Assembly: GCA_016181305.1 (NCBI GenBank)
Contig: JACOZN010000013.1
Span: forward strand, 1 to 64,000
Source: Candidatus Woesearchaeota archaeon
Lineage (GTDB): Archaea; Nanobdellota; Nanobdellia; Woesearchaeales; GW2011-AR4
Direction: 5' to 3'
Length of the DNA: 64,000 nt
Positions 27,291 to 36,100 of this stretch are shown one piece after another; the first letter of the stretch is position 1, and each line of letters begins with the position of its first letter. A model generated the notes under the pieces. That model had not been told where the DNA came from. It worked only from the letters and a program-made list of their open reading frames with translations, and did not search any database. A program made the position numbers and the translations under genes.

Positions 27291-28181
27291 CTAATCTTTC
27301 CCAAACTTCTGGAACACAAGCAAATCCTCTGTAGTCAATTTTTCCTTTCTCTTTATTTTTTCATTGACAGCGTCTTCCTTTGACTTCAGGAATGACTCAA
27401 CTTCCTGCCTCTTTTTTTCCCTTCTGTCAGAGCTTATCCTGTCCAATGAGGCTTTAACGTCATTCATAGCCTTCAGCTTTTCCTTCAGTTGGGAATTTAC
27501 ATCGCTGAACTTTGACTTTAGCTCGGAAAATTTCCTGAAAACAGCTTCTTCCTCAATTTTCATCTTGTCAATCTCGGCAGAAAGCTTCAGAATGCCCTCA
27601 TGCAATATTTGGCTTTGGTGCGCTTTTTCCTGCACTAGCTTGTGGATATCATTTGCCTCTTTTTTCATCCTTTTGATTTCATCGGAGGAATTCTTGAGAT
27701 TTTTATCGGCATCGTCAATGGCCTTAGAATCCTCATATAATTTTTTCAATTGCTTTATCTTTTTCATCAGCTCTTTTTCTTTTTCAAAAGAGCTTGTTTC
27801 GGTTTCAATCCTGAACTCCAGCTTTTCAATGTTCTGCTTTATCCTGGATGGGGGTTCTTTGATATCGAGAGATTTTGCAATGCCCAGCTTTTCTTTTTTC
27901 AGCCTGTCAAACTCCTTTAATTCGCCGTTTATATCCTTGTTTATGGCATCCCTTTTCGGCTTCAGCTCCCTGACCTCTTTTGTCAAAAAGTCCCTCTTGG
28001 CTTTGCTGTACTTTATTGCTTGTATTGAATCCCGTATCTTCTTTGAGAATTCTTCCTTTTTCTTAAACCAGGATTCTTTTTCTTTATCGAGTTCGTTAAG
28101 GGCATTCCTTAATTTAGATGCCTCTATCCTGTGCCTGTTAAGTTCCTCAACTAGCTCTTTCGGGCTTTGCTGCAATGTCAT
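27291..28181 (-). CDS. archaeal coiled-coil protein (COG1340-like)
   Basis: Long heptad pattern, IEKLEFRIET..S.EKEKEL and the KEKLTTEDLL C-terminus. Confidence 0.85.
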   Translation of the reverse strand: MTLQQSPKELVEELNRHRIEASKLRNALNELDKEKESWFKKKEEFSKKIRDSIQAIKYSKAKRDFLTKEVRELKPKRDAINKDINGELKEFDRLKKEKLGIAKSLDIKEPPSRIKQNIEKLEFRIETETSSFEKEKELMKKIKQLKKLYEDSKAIDDADKNLKNSSDEIKRMKKEANDIHKLVQEKAHQSQILHEGILKLSAEIDKMKIEEEAVFRKFSELKSKFSDVNSQLKEKLKAMNDVKASLDRISSDRREKKRQEVESFLKSKEDAVNEKIKRKEKLTTEDLLVFQKFGKD

Positions 28182-28210
28182 GAATTTGATATGTAAATTC
28201 CAGCATTTAC

Positions 28211-28528
28211 TCAGCCGAATAAAGCTCCCAAGCCGGCTGCTGCAGCTTCCTCTGATTTCTTCTCTTCAGCTGCCTTCTTTGCATGGTCTGCCTTTGCGTC
28301 ATGCTTTGCCTCATGAGTTCCAGCTGCTGCCGGAGCTGCAACTGCAACAGGCATTGCCGCCTTTTCGATTGCCTCTTCTATGTTGACTCCTTCCAAGGCT
28401 GCAACCAATGCTTTGGCTCTTGCATCGTCCACTTTCACATGGGCTGCCTCGAGCACCTTCTTTACATTTGCTTCGTCTACTTTTTGCCCTGCCTTGTGAA
28501 GCAACATAGCTGCGTACACGTATTCCAT
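28211..28528 (-). CDS. rpl12: 50S ribosomal protein L12 (P1/P2-type)
   Basis: [11 protein letters not shown] and [10 protein letters not shown]. Confidence 0.98.
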   Translation of the reverse strand: MEYVYAAMLLHKAGQKVDEANVKKVLEAAHVKVDDARAKALVAALEGVNIEEAIEKAAMPVAVAAPAAAGTHEAKHDAKADHAKKAAEEKKSEEAAAAGLGALFG

Positions 28529-28577
28529 TTTAGTTACCTCCTAATAATCTGATTTTTTAGTTTTTAATCAAATCCAA

Positions 28578-28628
28578 CATCAAAAGCGGATTACTTTTAT
28601 CGCCTATGCAGCGCAAAGTCGCTCTCGT
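28578..28628 (-). repeat. dispersed structured motif, copy 2 of 4
   Basis: CAC GAGAGCG ACTTT GCGCTGCATAGGCG AT AAAAGT AATC CGCTTTT GATG, between rplP0 and rpl12. Confidence 0.85.
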
Positions 28629-28683
28629 GTTTGATTTAATTTGTTTTATTGGAATTTTTTTTATTGTTATGGACTATTCTAAA

Positions 28684-29796
28684 TTAACTTTTATCCTTTT
28701 TATCCTGCCCTTCTATTGCCTTTTTATGTATATCGTGATAAATATTTTCCACTTGCTTGACTTCCTGCTGCTTTTCCCTCATTTTAATGTTTGCTTCAAG
28801 CTCTTCTCTTGTCGGAGCTTTTATTTCTGCTGATTCGTGTTTTTCTGCCATTTCTTTTTTTTCTGCTGGCTGCTCATGCTTTTCTTCTTTGCGCTCTGCT
28901 TGAATTTCGTGCTTAGTTTCAACAACTTCTATGTTTGCAGTTGTTTTCAGGCTGAGCATCTGCTGCTGGGCTTTGCCGAGCAGGAAATCAATGATTCCTT
29001 TATCAAAAATATTCTGCGCAATGCCAATCGCTTTTGCATCGTTGTAGGCTTTCCCAATCAGCAGGTTTATGTTGCTTTTTGTTGGATAGCTTATGCTGAA
29101 AGCAAGGTTGAATGCCCATCTTGAGGCATTGCTTAGCCTGTTTTTGTACTCGGACTCGTCAACCGACAAAACATCTCTTGTGTAGATTAATCCATTTTCA
29201 TAGACAGCAACCAAGTCCAAGCCAACTTCCATTGGCTGTATTCCCAGCCTTGTCAAAATCTCTGCAACCTTTGGCTTTATCTTTTCCCCTGATTTTACAA
29301 CAACAACGTCTTCTTTTATGGCAACCTTGCCGCCTTCGACTCCTGACTTTATGCCAGCCATTGCAAGCTCTCCAATTATCGGGCCAGGCGCAAATGAGGT
29401 TGCTCCTTTGTTGACAATGATGTCCCTTGGAGCTGTTTGATTGGCTTTTGCAGGAGCTGGACTCTTGCTTTTCTGCAGGGTTTTGCTCAGCTTGAACGGA
29501 TTTTCCTTTGTGAAGATTAAAGCAGGCATTCCGCCAAGATGCGCTTCAATGCTTTCAATGCCTTTCTTTTTTTGCTTTGTTGCTGCAATGGCAAGCTTCA
29601 TCAGCCTTCTTTTTGTCATTGTCATGACGAATTTTCCCCTTAATTGCGCACGCATGGTTTGCAGCTGCGGAGCAGGCAAATTTTCCATGTTTACAACTGC
29701 TATGATGGGGTACTCACTGATGAGATTTATGAGATTGCCTACAATTTCCTTTTTGTAGTCAGCTACATGAGCCTGCACTTTTGATATTTGTTCCAT
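28684..29796 (-). CDS. rplP0: 50S ribosomal protein L10/P0
   Basis: LPAPQLQTMR, ENPFKL, TSFAPGP and LGIQPMEVGL. Confidence 0.97.
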   Translation of the reverse strand: MEQISKVQAHVADYKKEIVGNLINLISEYPIIAVVNMENLPAPQLQTMRAQLRGKFVMTMTKRRLMKLAIAATKQKKKGIESIEAHLGGMPALIFTKENPFKLSKTLQKSKSPAPAKANQTAPRDIIVNKGATSFAPGPIIGELAMAGIKSGVEGGKVAIKEDVVVVKSGEKIKPKVAEILTRLGIQPMEVGLDLVAVYENGLIYTRDVLSVDESEYKNRLSNASRWAFNLAFSISYPTKSNINLLIGKAYNDAKAIGIAQNIFDKGIIDFLLGKAQQQMLSLKTTANIEVVETKHEIQAERKEEKHEQPAEKKEMAEKHESAEIKAPTREELEANIKMREKQQEVKQVENIYHDIHKKAIEGQDKKDKS

Positions 29797-29797
29797 T

Positions 29798-30478
29798 TTA
29801 TTTTGTTTCTTTTACTACCTCTATCTTTTCTCCTACCTTGACTGGCTTTCCCATTGTGAGCTTGATGTAGGTGTCCTTTATGTTGTGCTTTTCATTCGGC
29901 AGGGCTTGCAATAATGAGCTGTAGACAGTCAATGCGTTTTCAGCGATGTCATTCGGCTTCATGTCCTCTGTGCCGATTGCGCATTGGATTAAAGGGGCGC
30001 TTTTTGTTGTGGCCCTTACTGTGCGCTGGAGCTTTTCATACAACGGCTTTAGGTTTGCATTGGGAGGGACAACTGCCCCTGATTTTGGGTTCGGCATCTT
30101 GCCTCGTGGTCCAAAAACCCTTCCAAATGCAGTTGCAACCTTTGGCATTATGTTTGCCTGGGCAATGAAGAAATCAAAGCTGTTTGCAAGCTTCTTCACT
30201 TCCTTTTTGTCCTTGTATTTGTCAAAGCTGTCAGAGAGAATTGCAGAGTCGCAGACATTTTTTGCCTGGGTTTCCAGTTCAGCAGCAACCAATGCGCATA
30301 CCTTTACTTTCTTGCCTCTTGGATGGGGCAGTGTAATGAAAGTGTCTACCTGGTGCTCCTGCTTCTTGACATCCAATCCCTTTAAGTTTATGATTAAGTC
30401 AAAGCTCTGCCTGAAGTTTCTCCTTGTAGAAATATCCTTTGCCTTGGCTATCGCAGCCTGTACCTGCTCTTTGTCCAT
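29798..30478 (-). CDS. rpl1: 50S ribosomal protein L1
   Basis: RNFRQSFDLIINL, FGRVFGPRGKMP and KLTMGKP. Confidence 0.97.
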   Translation of the reverse strand: MDKEQVQAAIAKAKDISTRRNFRQSFDLIINLKGLDVKKQEHQVDTFITLPHPRGKKVKVCALVAAELETQAKNVCDSAILSDSFDKYKDKKEVKKLANSFDFFIAQANIMPKVATAFGRVFGPRGKMPNPKSGAVVPPNANLKPLYEKLQRTVRATTKSAPLIQCAIGTEDMKPNDIAENALTVYSSLLQALPNEKHNIKDTYIKLTMGKPVKVGEKIEVVKETK

Positions 30479-30639
30479 TTATGTCCCTCCTACGCTAGGT
30501 AGTCTTAATCGGGTTATATGGAAGTGGAATGTTAAGGGGTTTTTAAATGTTATTATGCAAATTTGGTTTTTAGAAGGATTTATTATGCAAAGCCCATTTT
30601 TCCGAAACATTTATATTTTACCACTCCATCAAATATACT

Positions 30640-30831
30640 ATGCCTAAAAAATCTAAATTGAAAGTAATGAAGTTCAAAGTATTAGTTGAAAAAGACGAGG
30701 ATGGTTATTATGTAGCTGATGTGCCAGAACTGCAAGGCTGCCACACACAAGCAAAGAATAAAAAGGAGCTTATGAAAAGGGTGAAGGAAGTGATAGCTTT
30801 ATGTTTGGAAGATAATTCTTCAGATTTTTAA
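30640..30831 (+). CDS. hicB: HicB-family antitoxin (orphan)
   Basis: VEKDEDGYYVADVPELQGCHTQA..ELM...EVI. No hicA adjacent. Confidence 0.9.
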   Translation: MPKKSKLKVMKFKVLVEKDEDGYYVADVPELQGCHTQAKNKKELMKRVKEVIALCLEDNSSDF

Positions 30832-30941
30832 ATTTGGCTATTATACAAATTCTAATCACACATTGTGTGTTTATGTCTTGAATTTTCATTTTCCACAACC
30901 TTTATAAACATAAATTAACCTTCATCTGCTTAGGGGTGCTT

Positions 30942-32900
30942 ATGAAAAAAGAAAAATCATTAAACAAACTGCTGTCTTCGAAAAAAGCGCAGACTCTTCT
31001 TGGGCAGCAGTTGAAAGAGGAAATCGCCCAAAGGCAGGAAAAAAAGGCAAGCATTCTAAGTAAAGTAAACTCCCCAAGAGACCTGAAAAGGCTGAGCAGG
31101 CAGCAGCTTAAAATCCTTGCCCAGGAAATAAGGAACAAGATAATAGAGGTTGTGTCAAAAAACGGCGGGCATCTTGGAGGGCCTTTAGGGGCAGTTGAAC
31201 TCACTTTAGCAGTCCATTACGTCTTTAATGCGCCTTACGACAAGATTGTAATAGACACAGGGCATCAGTCATATCCCCACAAGCTTGTGACAGGAAGAAG
31301 GCAAAATTTCCACACTTTGAGGCAGTACAAGGGAGTTTGCGGGTTCTGCAACATTTTTGAATCAGAGTATGATGTTTTTGGCGCAGGGCATGCCTCAACA
31401 GCAATATCAGCAGCTTTGGGAATTGCAAAGGCAAGGGACTATCAAAGCCAAAAGCACAAGATTGTTGCAATTGTCGGAGACGGGGCTTTGACAGCAGGCT
31501 TGGCTTTTGAAGGCTTGAACAATGCCGGCTACTCAAAAACAAGCATTTTGGTTATACTAAATGACAACAGGATGTCAATAAGCCCAAATGTTGGTGCTAT
31601 TTCAAGCTACTTGAACAAGATTGTCCTGAAGCCGGGATATTTTGAACTCAGGAAAAGAACAAGGGAATTGCTTGAGAAAATACCGGGCATTGGCAGGGAA
31701 GAAATTGACAAGGTTTTCAAGATGCAGGAAAGGCTGAGGACAATCACAAACGAGGGTATATTCTTTGAAAGCATGGGCTTCCAGTATTATGGGCCAATTG
31801 ACGGGCACAACATTGACGAGCTTATACTGGCGCTGCAGAATGTTAAGGACTTGAAAGGCCCTGTTTTGCTCCATGTAAAGACAGAAAAGGGCAAGGGATA
31901 TGCTTTTGCAGAGAAAGACACTGATAAGTTCCACGGAATGTCGCCATTCGACCCTGTAAACGGAAGCAAGTATGTCACAACAACAAAGATGACTTATACA
32001 GATGCATTTGCAAATGCGCTGATAAGGATTGCCGAGCAGGACAAAAGGGTTGTTGCGATAACTGCGGCAATGAAGTCAGGAACAGGCCTAAACAAGTTCG
32101 AGAAGCATTTCCCTGAAAGAACAATTGATGTCGGCATTGCAGAGCAGCATGCGGTTACTTTTGCTGCAGGGCTGGCAATTGCAGGAATGAAGCCTGTGTG
32201 CGCGATTTACTCGACATTTTTGCAAAGGGCTTATGACCAAATCATCCATGATGTATGCCTGCAAAATCTTGGAGTCATATTTGCATTGGACAGGGCAGGG
32301 CTAGTGGGAGATGACGGGCCAACCCATAACGGCCCTTTTGACATTGCTTATTTCAGGGCAATCCCGAACATCACAATAATGGTGCCAAAGGATGAGAATG
32401 AATTGCAGCACATGCTTTACACTGCAACATTATTGAAGGGGCCGTGCGCCTTAAGGTATCCAAGAGGAAACGGGATTGGAGTTGGCCTGGATTCGGAGTT
32501 CAGAAAGCTCGAAACGGGAAAAGGGGAATTGATCAAGGAAGGCAAGGACCTGCTGATTATTGGCATAGGGCCTATTCTGTACGATGCGATGCAGGCAGTT
32601 GAAGAGCTTAAGTGCAGCGCAGCAATAATCAACGCGAGGTTTGCAAAGCCACTTGACGAGGAATTAATTCTAAGACATGCGAGAAAAATAATAAATATAA
32701 TAACACTGGAAGAAGGGGCTTTAAATGGCGGCTTTGGAAGCGCTGTTTTGGGGCTGTTAAACAAAAATAAAATAAAATCCAATGTAAAAATCATCGGAAT
32801 TCCTGACAATTTCATAGAGCACGGCAAGCCCGACATACAGAAAAAATTGGCTGGCATCGACAGGGAAAGCATCAAAAAGGCAATACAGGAGGCAATTTAA
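30942..32900 (+). CDS. dxs: 1-deoxy-D-xylulose-5-phosphate synthase
   Basis: GGHLG..LGAVELT, DTGHQSYPHK, GAGHAST, GDGA..G...E.LNN..NDN TPP motif, DVGIAEQHAV, YSTFLQRAYDQ and DGPTH. Confidence 0.97.
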   Translation: MKKEKSLNKLLSSKKAQTLLGQQLKEEIAQRQEKKASILSKVNSPRDLKRLSRQQLKILAQEIRNKIIEVVSKNGGHLGGPLGAVELTLAVHYVFNAPYDKIVIDTGHQSYPHKLVTGRRQNFHTLRQYKGVCGFCNIFESEYDVFGAGHASTAISAALGIAKARDYQSQKHKIVAIVGDGALTAGLAFEGLNNAGYSKTSILVILNDNRMSISPNVGAISSYLNKIVLKPGYFELRKRTRELLEKIPGIGREEIDKVFKMQERLRTITNEGIFFESMGFQYYGPIDGHNIDELILALQNVKDLKGPVLLHVKTEKGKGYAFAEKDTDKFHGMSPFDPVNGSKYVTTTKMTYTDAFANALIRIAEQDKRVVAITAAMKSGTGLNKFEKHFPERTIDVGIAEQHAVTFAAGLAIAGMKPVCAIYSTFLQRAYDQIIHDVCLQNLGVIFALDRAGLVGDDGPTHNGPFDIAYFRAIPNITIMVPKDENELQHMLYTATLLKGPCALRYPRGNGIGVGLDSEFRKLETGKGELIKEGKDLLIIGIGPILYDAMQAVEELKCSAAIINARFAKPLDEELILRHARKIINIITLEEGALNGGFGSAVLGLLNKNKIKSNVKIIGIPDNFIEHGKPDIQKKLAGIDRESIKKAIQEAI

Positions 32901-32901
32901 A

Positions 32902-33174
32902 ATGCCGCATGAACTTCATCCAAAAATGAAAAAATCTGAATGCCCGCATAATTCCGAAATTAAGATTACCAAATCAAGCAAGAAGGAATGCGAGGTTTGC
33001 GGCGACAAGGAGCATCTTAGGATTTGCACGTCATGCGGCAAAGTTCATTGCTGTGAATCGCATCAAGCGCACGACACAGAGCATTCCAGGAAAACAGGGC
33101 ATCCTATAATCAAGACAATACACTGTGATTATGATTTCATTTGGTGCTATAAGTGCAATGCTTATTTGGTTTGA
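32902..33174 (+). CDS. stand-alone UBP-type zinc finger protein
   Basis: CPH..CEVC..LRICTSCGKVHCC....H...H...TGHP...W CYKC. Confidence 0.88.
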   Translation: MPHELHPKMKKSECPHNSEIKITKSSKKECEVCGDKEHLRICTSCGKVHCCESHQAHDTEHSRKTGHPIIKTIHCDYDFIWCYKCNAYLV

Positions 33175-33247
33175 ATTTGATATAACTACAATAAAACATT
33201 GATTATAAAAATAATTCAAAACATTAAACTAAAAATAAATAAAAAAT

Positions 33248-33296
33248 AACGAGAGCGTCCTCTAAAAGTAATTGTAAAGGAGGAAACCCGCTGATG
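33248..33296 (+). repeat. dispersed structured motif, copy 4 of 4 (covariant stem)
   Basis: AAC GAGAGCG TCCTC TAAAAGTAATTGTAAAG GAGGA AACC CGCT GATG, ending 23 nt before the ispG start. Confidence 0.7.
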
Positions 33297-33319
33297 TTTA
33301 CTCAACTAAAAAAAATAAA

Positions 33320-34228
33320 ATGCTACAAAGAAGAAACTCAAGAAAAGTAAAAGTCGGAAAATTGCACATTGGGGGAGATGCGCCGATAACAGTCCAGTCA
33401 ATGACAACCACTGATACAACTGACGTAAAGGCAACTATCAAGCAGATTCAAGGATTGGAAGATGTTGGCTGCGATATTGTGAGGGTTTCTGCGCCTACAA
33501 TGGAGGCTGCAAAGGCGTTGAAAGAAATTAAGGAGAATATAAGCATTCCTCTTGTTGTTGACATTCATTTTGATTACCGCATAGCGTTAGAGGCGGTAAA
33601 ATATGTTGACAAGTTAAGGATTAATCCTGGCAACATTGGAAACACTGACAAGGTTCAGCAGGTTGTAAATGCGTGCAAAAATTATGGAGTTTCAATGAGA
33701 ATTGGAGTGAATCTTGGCTCTCTTGAGAGGGATTTGTTTGAAAAGTACGGGTACGCGCCTGAGGCAATGGTTGAAAGCGCAATGAGGCATGTCAAAATTC
33801 TTGAGGACTTGGATTTTTACAACACAATCGTTTCATTGAAAGCATCTGATGTCACTAGAATGGTGAAAGCGTATAGATTGTTTGCAGAAAAAACTGATTA
33901 TCCGCTGCATCTTGGGGTTACAGAAGCAGGAAGCAAGATTCCAGGGACTGTGAAGTCAGCAATATGCGCAAGGACAGAGGTTGATGTGATTAAACTGGTT
34001 GAGCAATTGGAAAATGCAACTGAAAGGGTAAAAAAGCCGATAAAGGTTGCAATCATGGGATGCGCTGTCAACGGGCCGGGCGAATCACGAAAAGCTGACA
34101 TCGGGATTGTAGGCGCTCCTGGAAATCATTTGTTGTACAAGGAAGGCAAGATTGTAAAAAGAGTCAATGACAATGAGATTTATGAAGTTCTTCTGAAGGA
34201 GATAAATGAGATGGAGAATGGTAAATAA
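33320..34228 (+). CDS. ispG: HMBPP synthase IspG/GcpE with an in-frame internal deletion
   Basis: VQSMTTT, VVDIHFD, RINPGN, RIGVNLGS, LHLGVTEAG and MGCAVNGPGE are present. GIGDTIRVSL and the first Cys of CPTC are absent (junction 33964/33965). Confidence 0.93.
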   Translation: MLQRRNSRKVKVGKLHIGGDAPITVQSMTTTDTTDVKATIKQIQGLEDVGCDIVRVSAPTMEAAKALKEIKENISIPLVVDIHFDYRIALEAVKYVDKLRINPGNIGNTDKVQQVVNACKNYGVSMRIGVNLGSLERDLFEKYGYAPEAMVESAMRHVKILEDLDFYNTIVSLKASDVTRMVKAYRLFAEKTDYPLHLGVTEAGSKIPGTVKSAICARTEVDVIKLVEQLENATERVKKPIKVAIMGCAVNGPGESRKADIGIVGAPGNHLLYKEGKIVKRVNDNEIYEVLLKEINEMENGK

Positions 34229-34925
34229 AATTTTTTTGATATTTTTCTTTTCTATATTGTTAATTTTTCCAATTTTTGTGAATGGTGAAGAAGAATGTGT
34301 ACTTGATAAATATATAGAAGTATCTGGAGATTTTGTTAAAGTAAACTGCGCAACTAAAGATATAACATCAAAAGAAAAAACAAATATACTTATTATAACG
34401 AAGGACAATGGTATTTCTATCAGCCCATTACTTATAGATGGAAAATATTTGCCTATGGATTTCAAAGAAATATCTAAAGACCCCATTATCTATAAATTAA
34501 ATCAATCACAAGATATGGGTCACTATGCTTTTCAATTAACAGTTCAGGGAGAAGGTTTTTGGTTATTTAATATATTTTATATTAATTCTAGAGAGTGGAA
34601 TTTAAAATATGAAAATAAAACATCACCAACTATTGAAAAATGTGGAGATAAAATATGTAATTTGGATGAAAATTGCCAGAATTGTACCATAGATTGTGGA
34701 AAATGCCCATTTCATACACCTCCCAAAATAACTCAACCTCAAAAAGATGAACAAGAATCTACTTCAAAACTTAAAGCATGGATTAAGACAAAACTTATAG
34801 ACTTGGGTATAGAATTAGAAACTAAAAATGTTACGTTAATCTTTCTTGTAGTTCTTGTAATATGTATTGGATTTTATTATTTTTTAATAAGAGGGAAAGT
34901 CACAAATAAAAAATCTAAACCCTAG
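34218..34925 (+). CDS. AT-rich membrane-anchored protein with a Cys-rich motif
   Basis: Signal peptide, CGDKICNLDENCQNCTIDC motif and C-terminal TM. Confidence 0.8.
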   Translation: MVNKIFLIFFFSILLIFPIFVNGEEECVLDKYIEVSGDFVKVNCATKDITSKEKTNILIITKDNGISISPLLIDGKYLPMDFKEISKDPIIYKLNQSQDMGHYAFQLTVQGEGFWLFNIFYINSREWNLKYENKTSPTIEKCGDKICNLDENCQNCTIDCGKCPFHTPPKITQPQKDEQESTSKLKAWIKTKLIDLGIELETKNVTLIFLVVLVICIGFYYFLIRGKVTNKKSKP

Positions 34926-34973
34926 TCTTAACAACCACCTTTCTCCTCTTATTCAACGGCTCTATAACCAAAG

Positions 34974-35075
34974 TGTCAAAAATCGCAATAATCCATTTTA
35001 AATAGTTGCGATTTTTGAGCATGCTCGGAAATTTTTGCAAATTTAATCAATAGTAAAAATTTCCGACATGTCAAA
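34974..35075. mobile_element. 95-bp double-palindrome insert flanked by a 7-bp direct repeat (MITE-like)
   Basis: TGTCAAA at 34974 and 35069; inverted repeats TCAAAAATCGCAA/TTGCGATTTTTGA and TCGGAAATTTTT/AAAAATTTCCGA. Confidence 0.55.
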
Positions 35076-35202
35076 CAAGTCAATCATTTTCCTGATAAAT
35101 AGGTAATGGAATATAATCTTTATACCACCACTGGACACTGGACATGTGCGCATGAAATATATAAAGGGCAAGTTCTTACATTTTTATCAAAATAAAAAAG
35201 AA

Positions 35203-35249
35203 TGGCCGAGTAGGCCAAAAAGCGCTGGAATAAGTTTAGCGTTCCGAAC
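35203..35249 (+). pseudogene. decayed duplicate of the 5' part of the adjacent tRNA-Leu
   Basis: TGGCCGAGTAGGCCAAAAGCGCTGGAATAAGTTTAGCGTTCCGAAC aligns with TGGCAGAGTCTGGCCCATTGCGCTGGACTTAAGATCCAGTTAGCGTTCCGAAC. Confidence 0.6.
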
Positions 35250-35291
35250 TTAATCAAAGCGGATTAGAAACTATATAAAACTTTCGGTAAA

Positions 35292-35433
35292 GCCGGGGTG
35301 GCAGAGTCTGGCCCATTGCGCTGGACTTAAGATCCAGTTAGCGTTCCGAACGCTTCACGGGTTCGAATGCTATAACGGAAATCCCGTAGTTGCTTGCGAG
35401 AACGCTCGCAAGCTCGCGTTCAACTCCCCAGCG
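35292..35433 (+). tRNA. tRNA-Leu(TAA)-like gene with a 14-nt T-loop intron and a 38-nt hairpin insert before the acceptor 3' strand (possibly non-functional)
   Basis: GCCGGGG.../CCCCAGC (C3xA70 mismatch, G73); anticodon arm CTGGA-CTTAAGA-TCCAG; intron 35368-35381; insert 35388-35425. Confidence 0.7.
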
Positions 35434-35441
35434 CCGTGAAA

Positions 35442-36098
35442 ATGCTGATAAGACAGATTTCAATAGAGCAAAGGCCAAGAGAAAGAGCCAAAGAAAAAGG
35501 CATTGAATCGCTCAGCGACTCAGAGCTAGTTGCAATTCTGCTTGAAAATGGAACAAACGGGGAGAGTGTAATTGACCTCAGCAACAGGCTGATTTCATTT
35601 TTTGGGCTTGAAAAGCTCAACTCTTTGTCTTTGCAGGAACTTATGAAAATAAAAGGCATCAAGCTTGCCAAAGCCTGCAAGCTATCTGCCGCTTTTGAAT
35701 TGAGCAAAAGGGTTAATTCAGGGAAATTAATGGGCAAGGTTGTTAAGAACCCTTCTGACATAGCCTCTTATTACAGGCATAAGCTTAAGGAATTGAAGAA
35801 GGAGTATTTCATTGCCGTGTTTCTGGACTCGAAGAACAGGATAATAAAGGACGAGGTTGTCTCTATCGGCACTTTGAACAGCTCAATTGTGCATCCACGC
35901 GAAGTATTCAAAGGAGCAATCAAAAATTCCGCCAATTCAATTATACTGGTGCACAACCACCCAAGCGGCGATGTTGAGCCTTCGGAGGAAGATTGCAGGG
36001 TTAATAAGGTTCTTGTTGAGGCTGGCGACATGGTGGGGATAAAAGTGCTTGATCACCTGATTGTCAGCGGTAAGAAATGGAAAAGCATGGCTGAGTAA
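35442..36098 (+). CDS. radC: RadC-family JAB-domain protein
   Basis: RPRER, LSDSELVAILL, VHPREVF, HNHPSGD and LDHLI. Confidence 0.95.
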   Translation: MLIRQISIEQRPRERAKEKGIESLSDSELVAILLENGTNGESVIDLSNRLISFFGLEKLNSLSLQELMKIKGIKLAKACKLSAAFELSKRVNSGKLMGKVVKNPSDIASYYRHKLKELKKEYFIAVFLDSKNRIIKDEVVSIGTLNSSIVHPREVFKGAIKNSANSIILVHNHPSGDVEPSEEDCRVNKVLVEAGDMVGIKVLDHLIVSGKKWKSMAE

Positions 36099-36100
36099 TC

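Noticed and set aside
27364-28386. 340-aa plus-strand ORF
   Set aside because: Antisense shadow of the coiled-coil gene and rpl12; Ser/Phe-rich composition typical of reverse-read Lys/Glu codons.
33248-33296. Dispersed motif as a hammerhead ribozyme, fluoride riboswitch or archaeal SECIS
   Set aside because: It has GAAAC and CTGATG words but in the wrong order for a hammerhead and without the GA after CTGAT. The fluoride riboswitch 5' GATGG..GTTC pseudoknot is missing. The bulge is on the 3' side, unlike the archaeal SECIS GAA/A loop.
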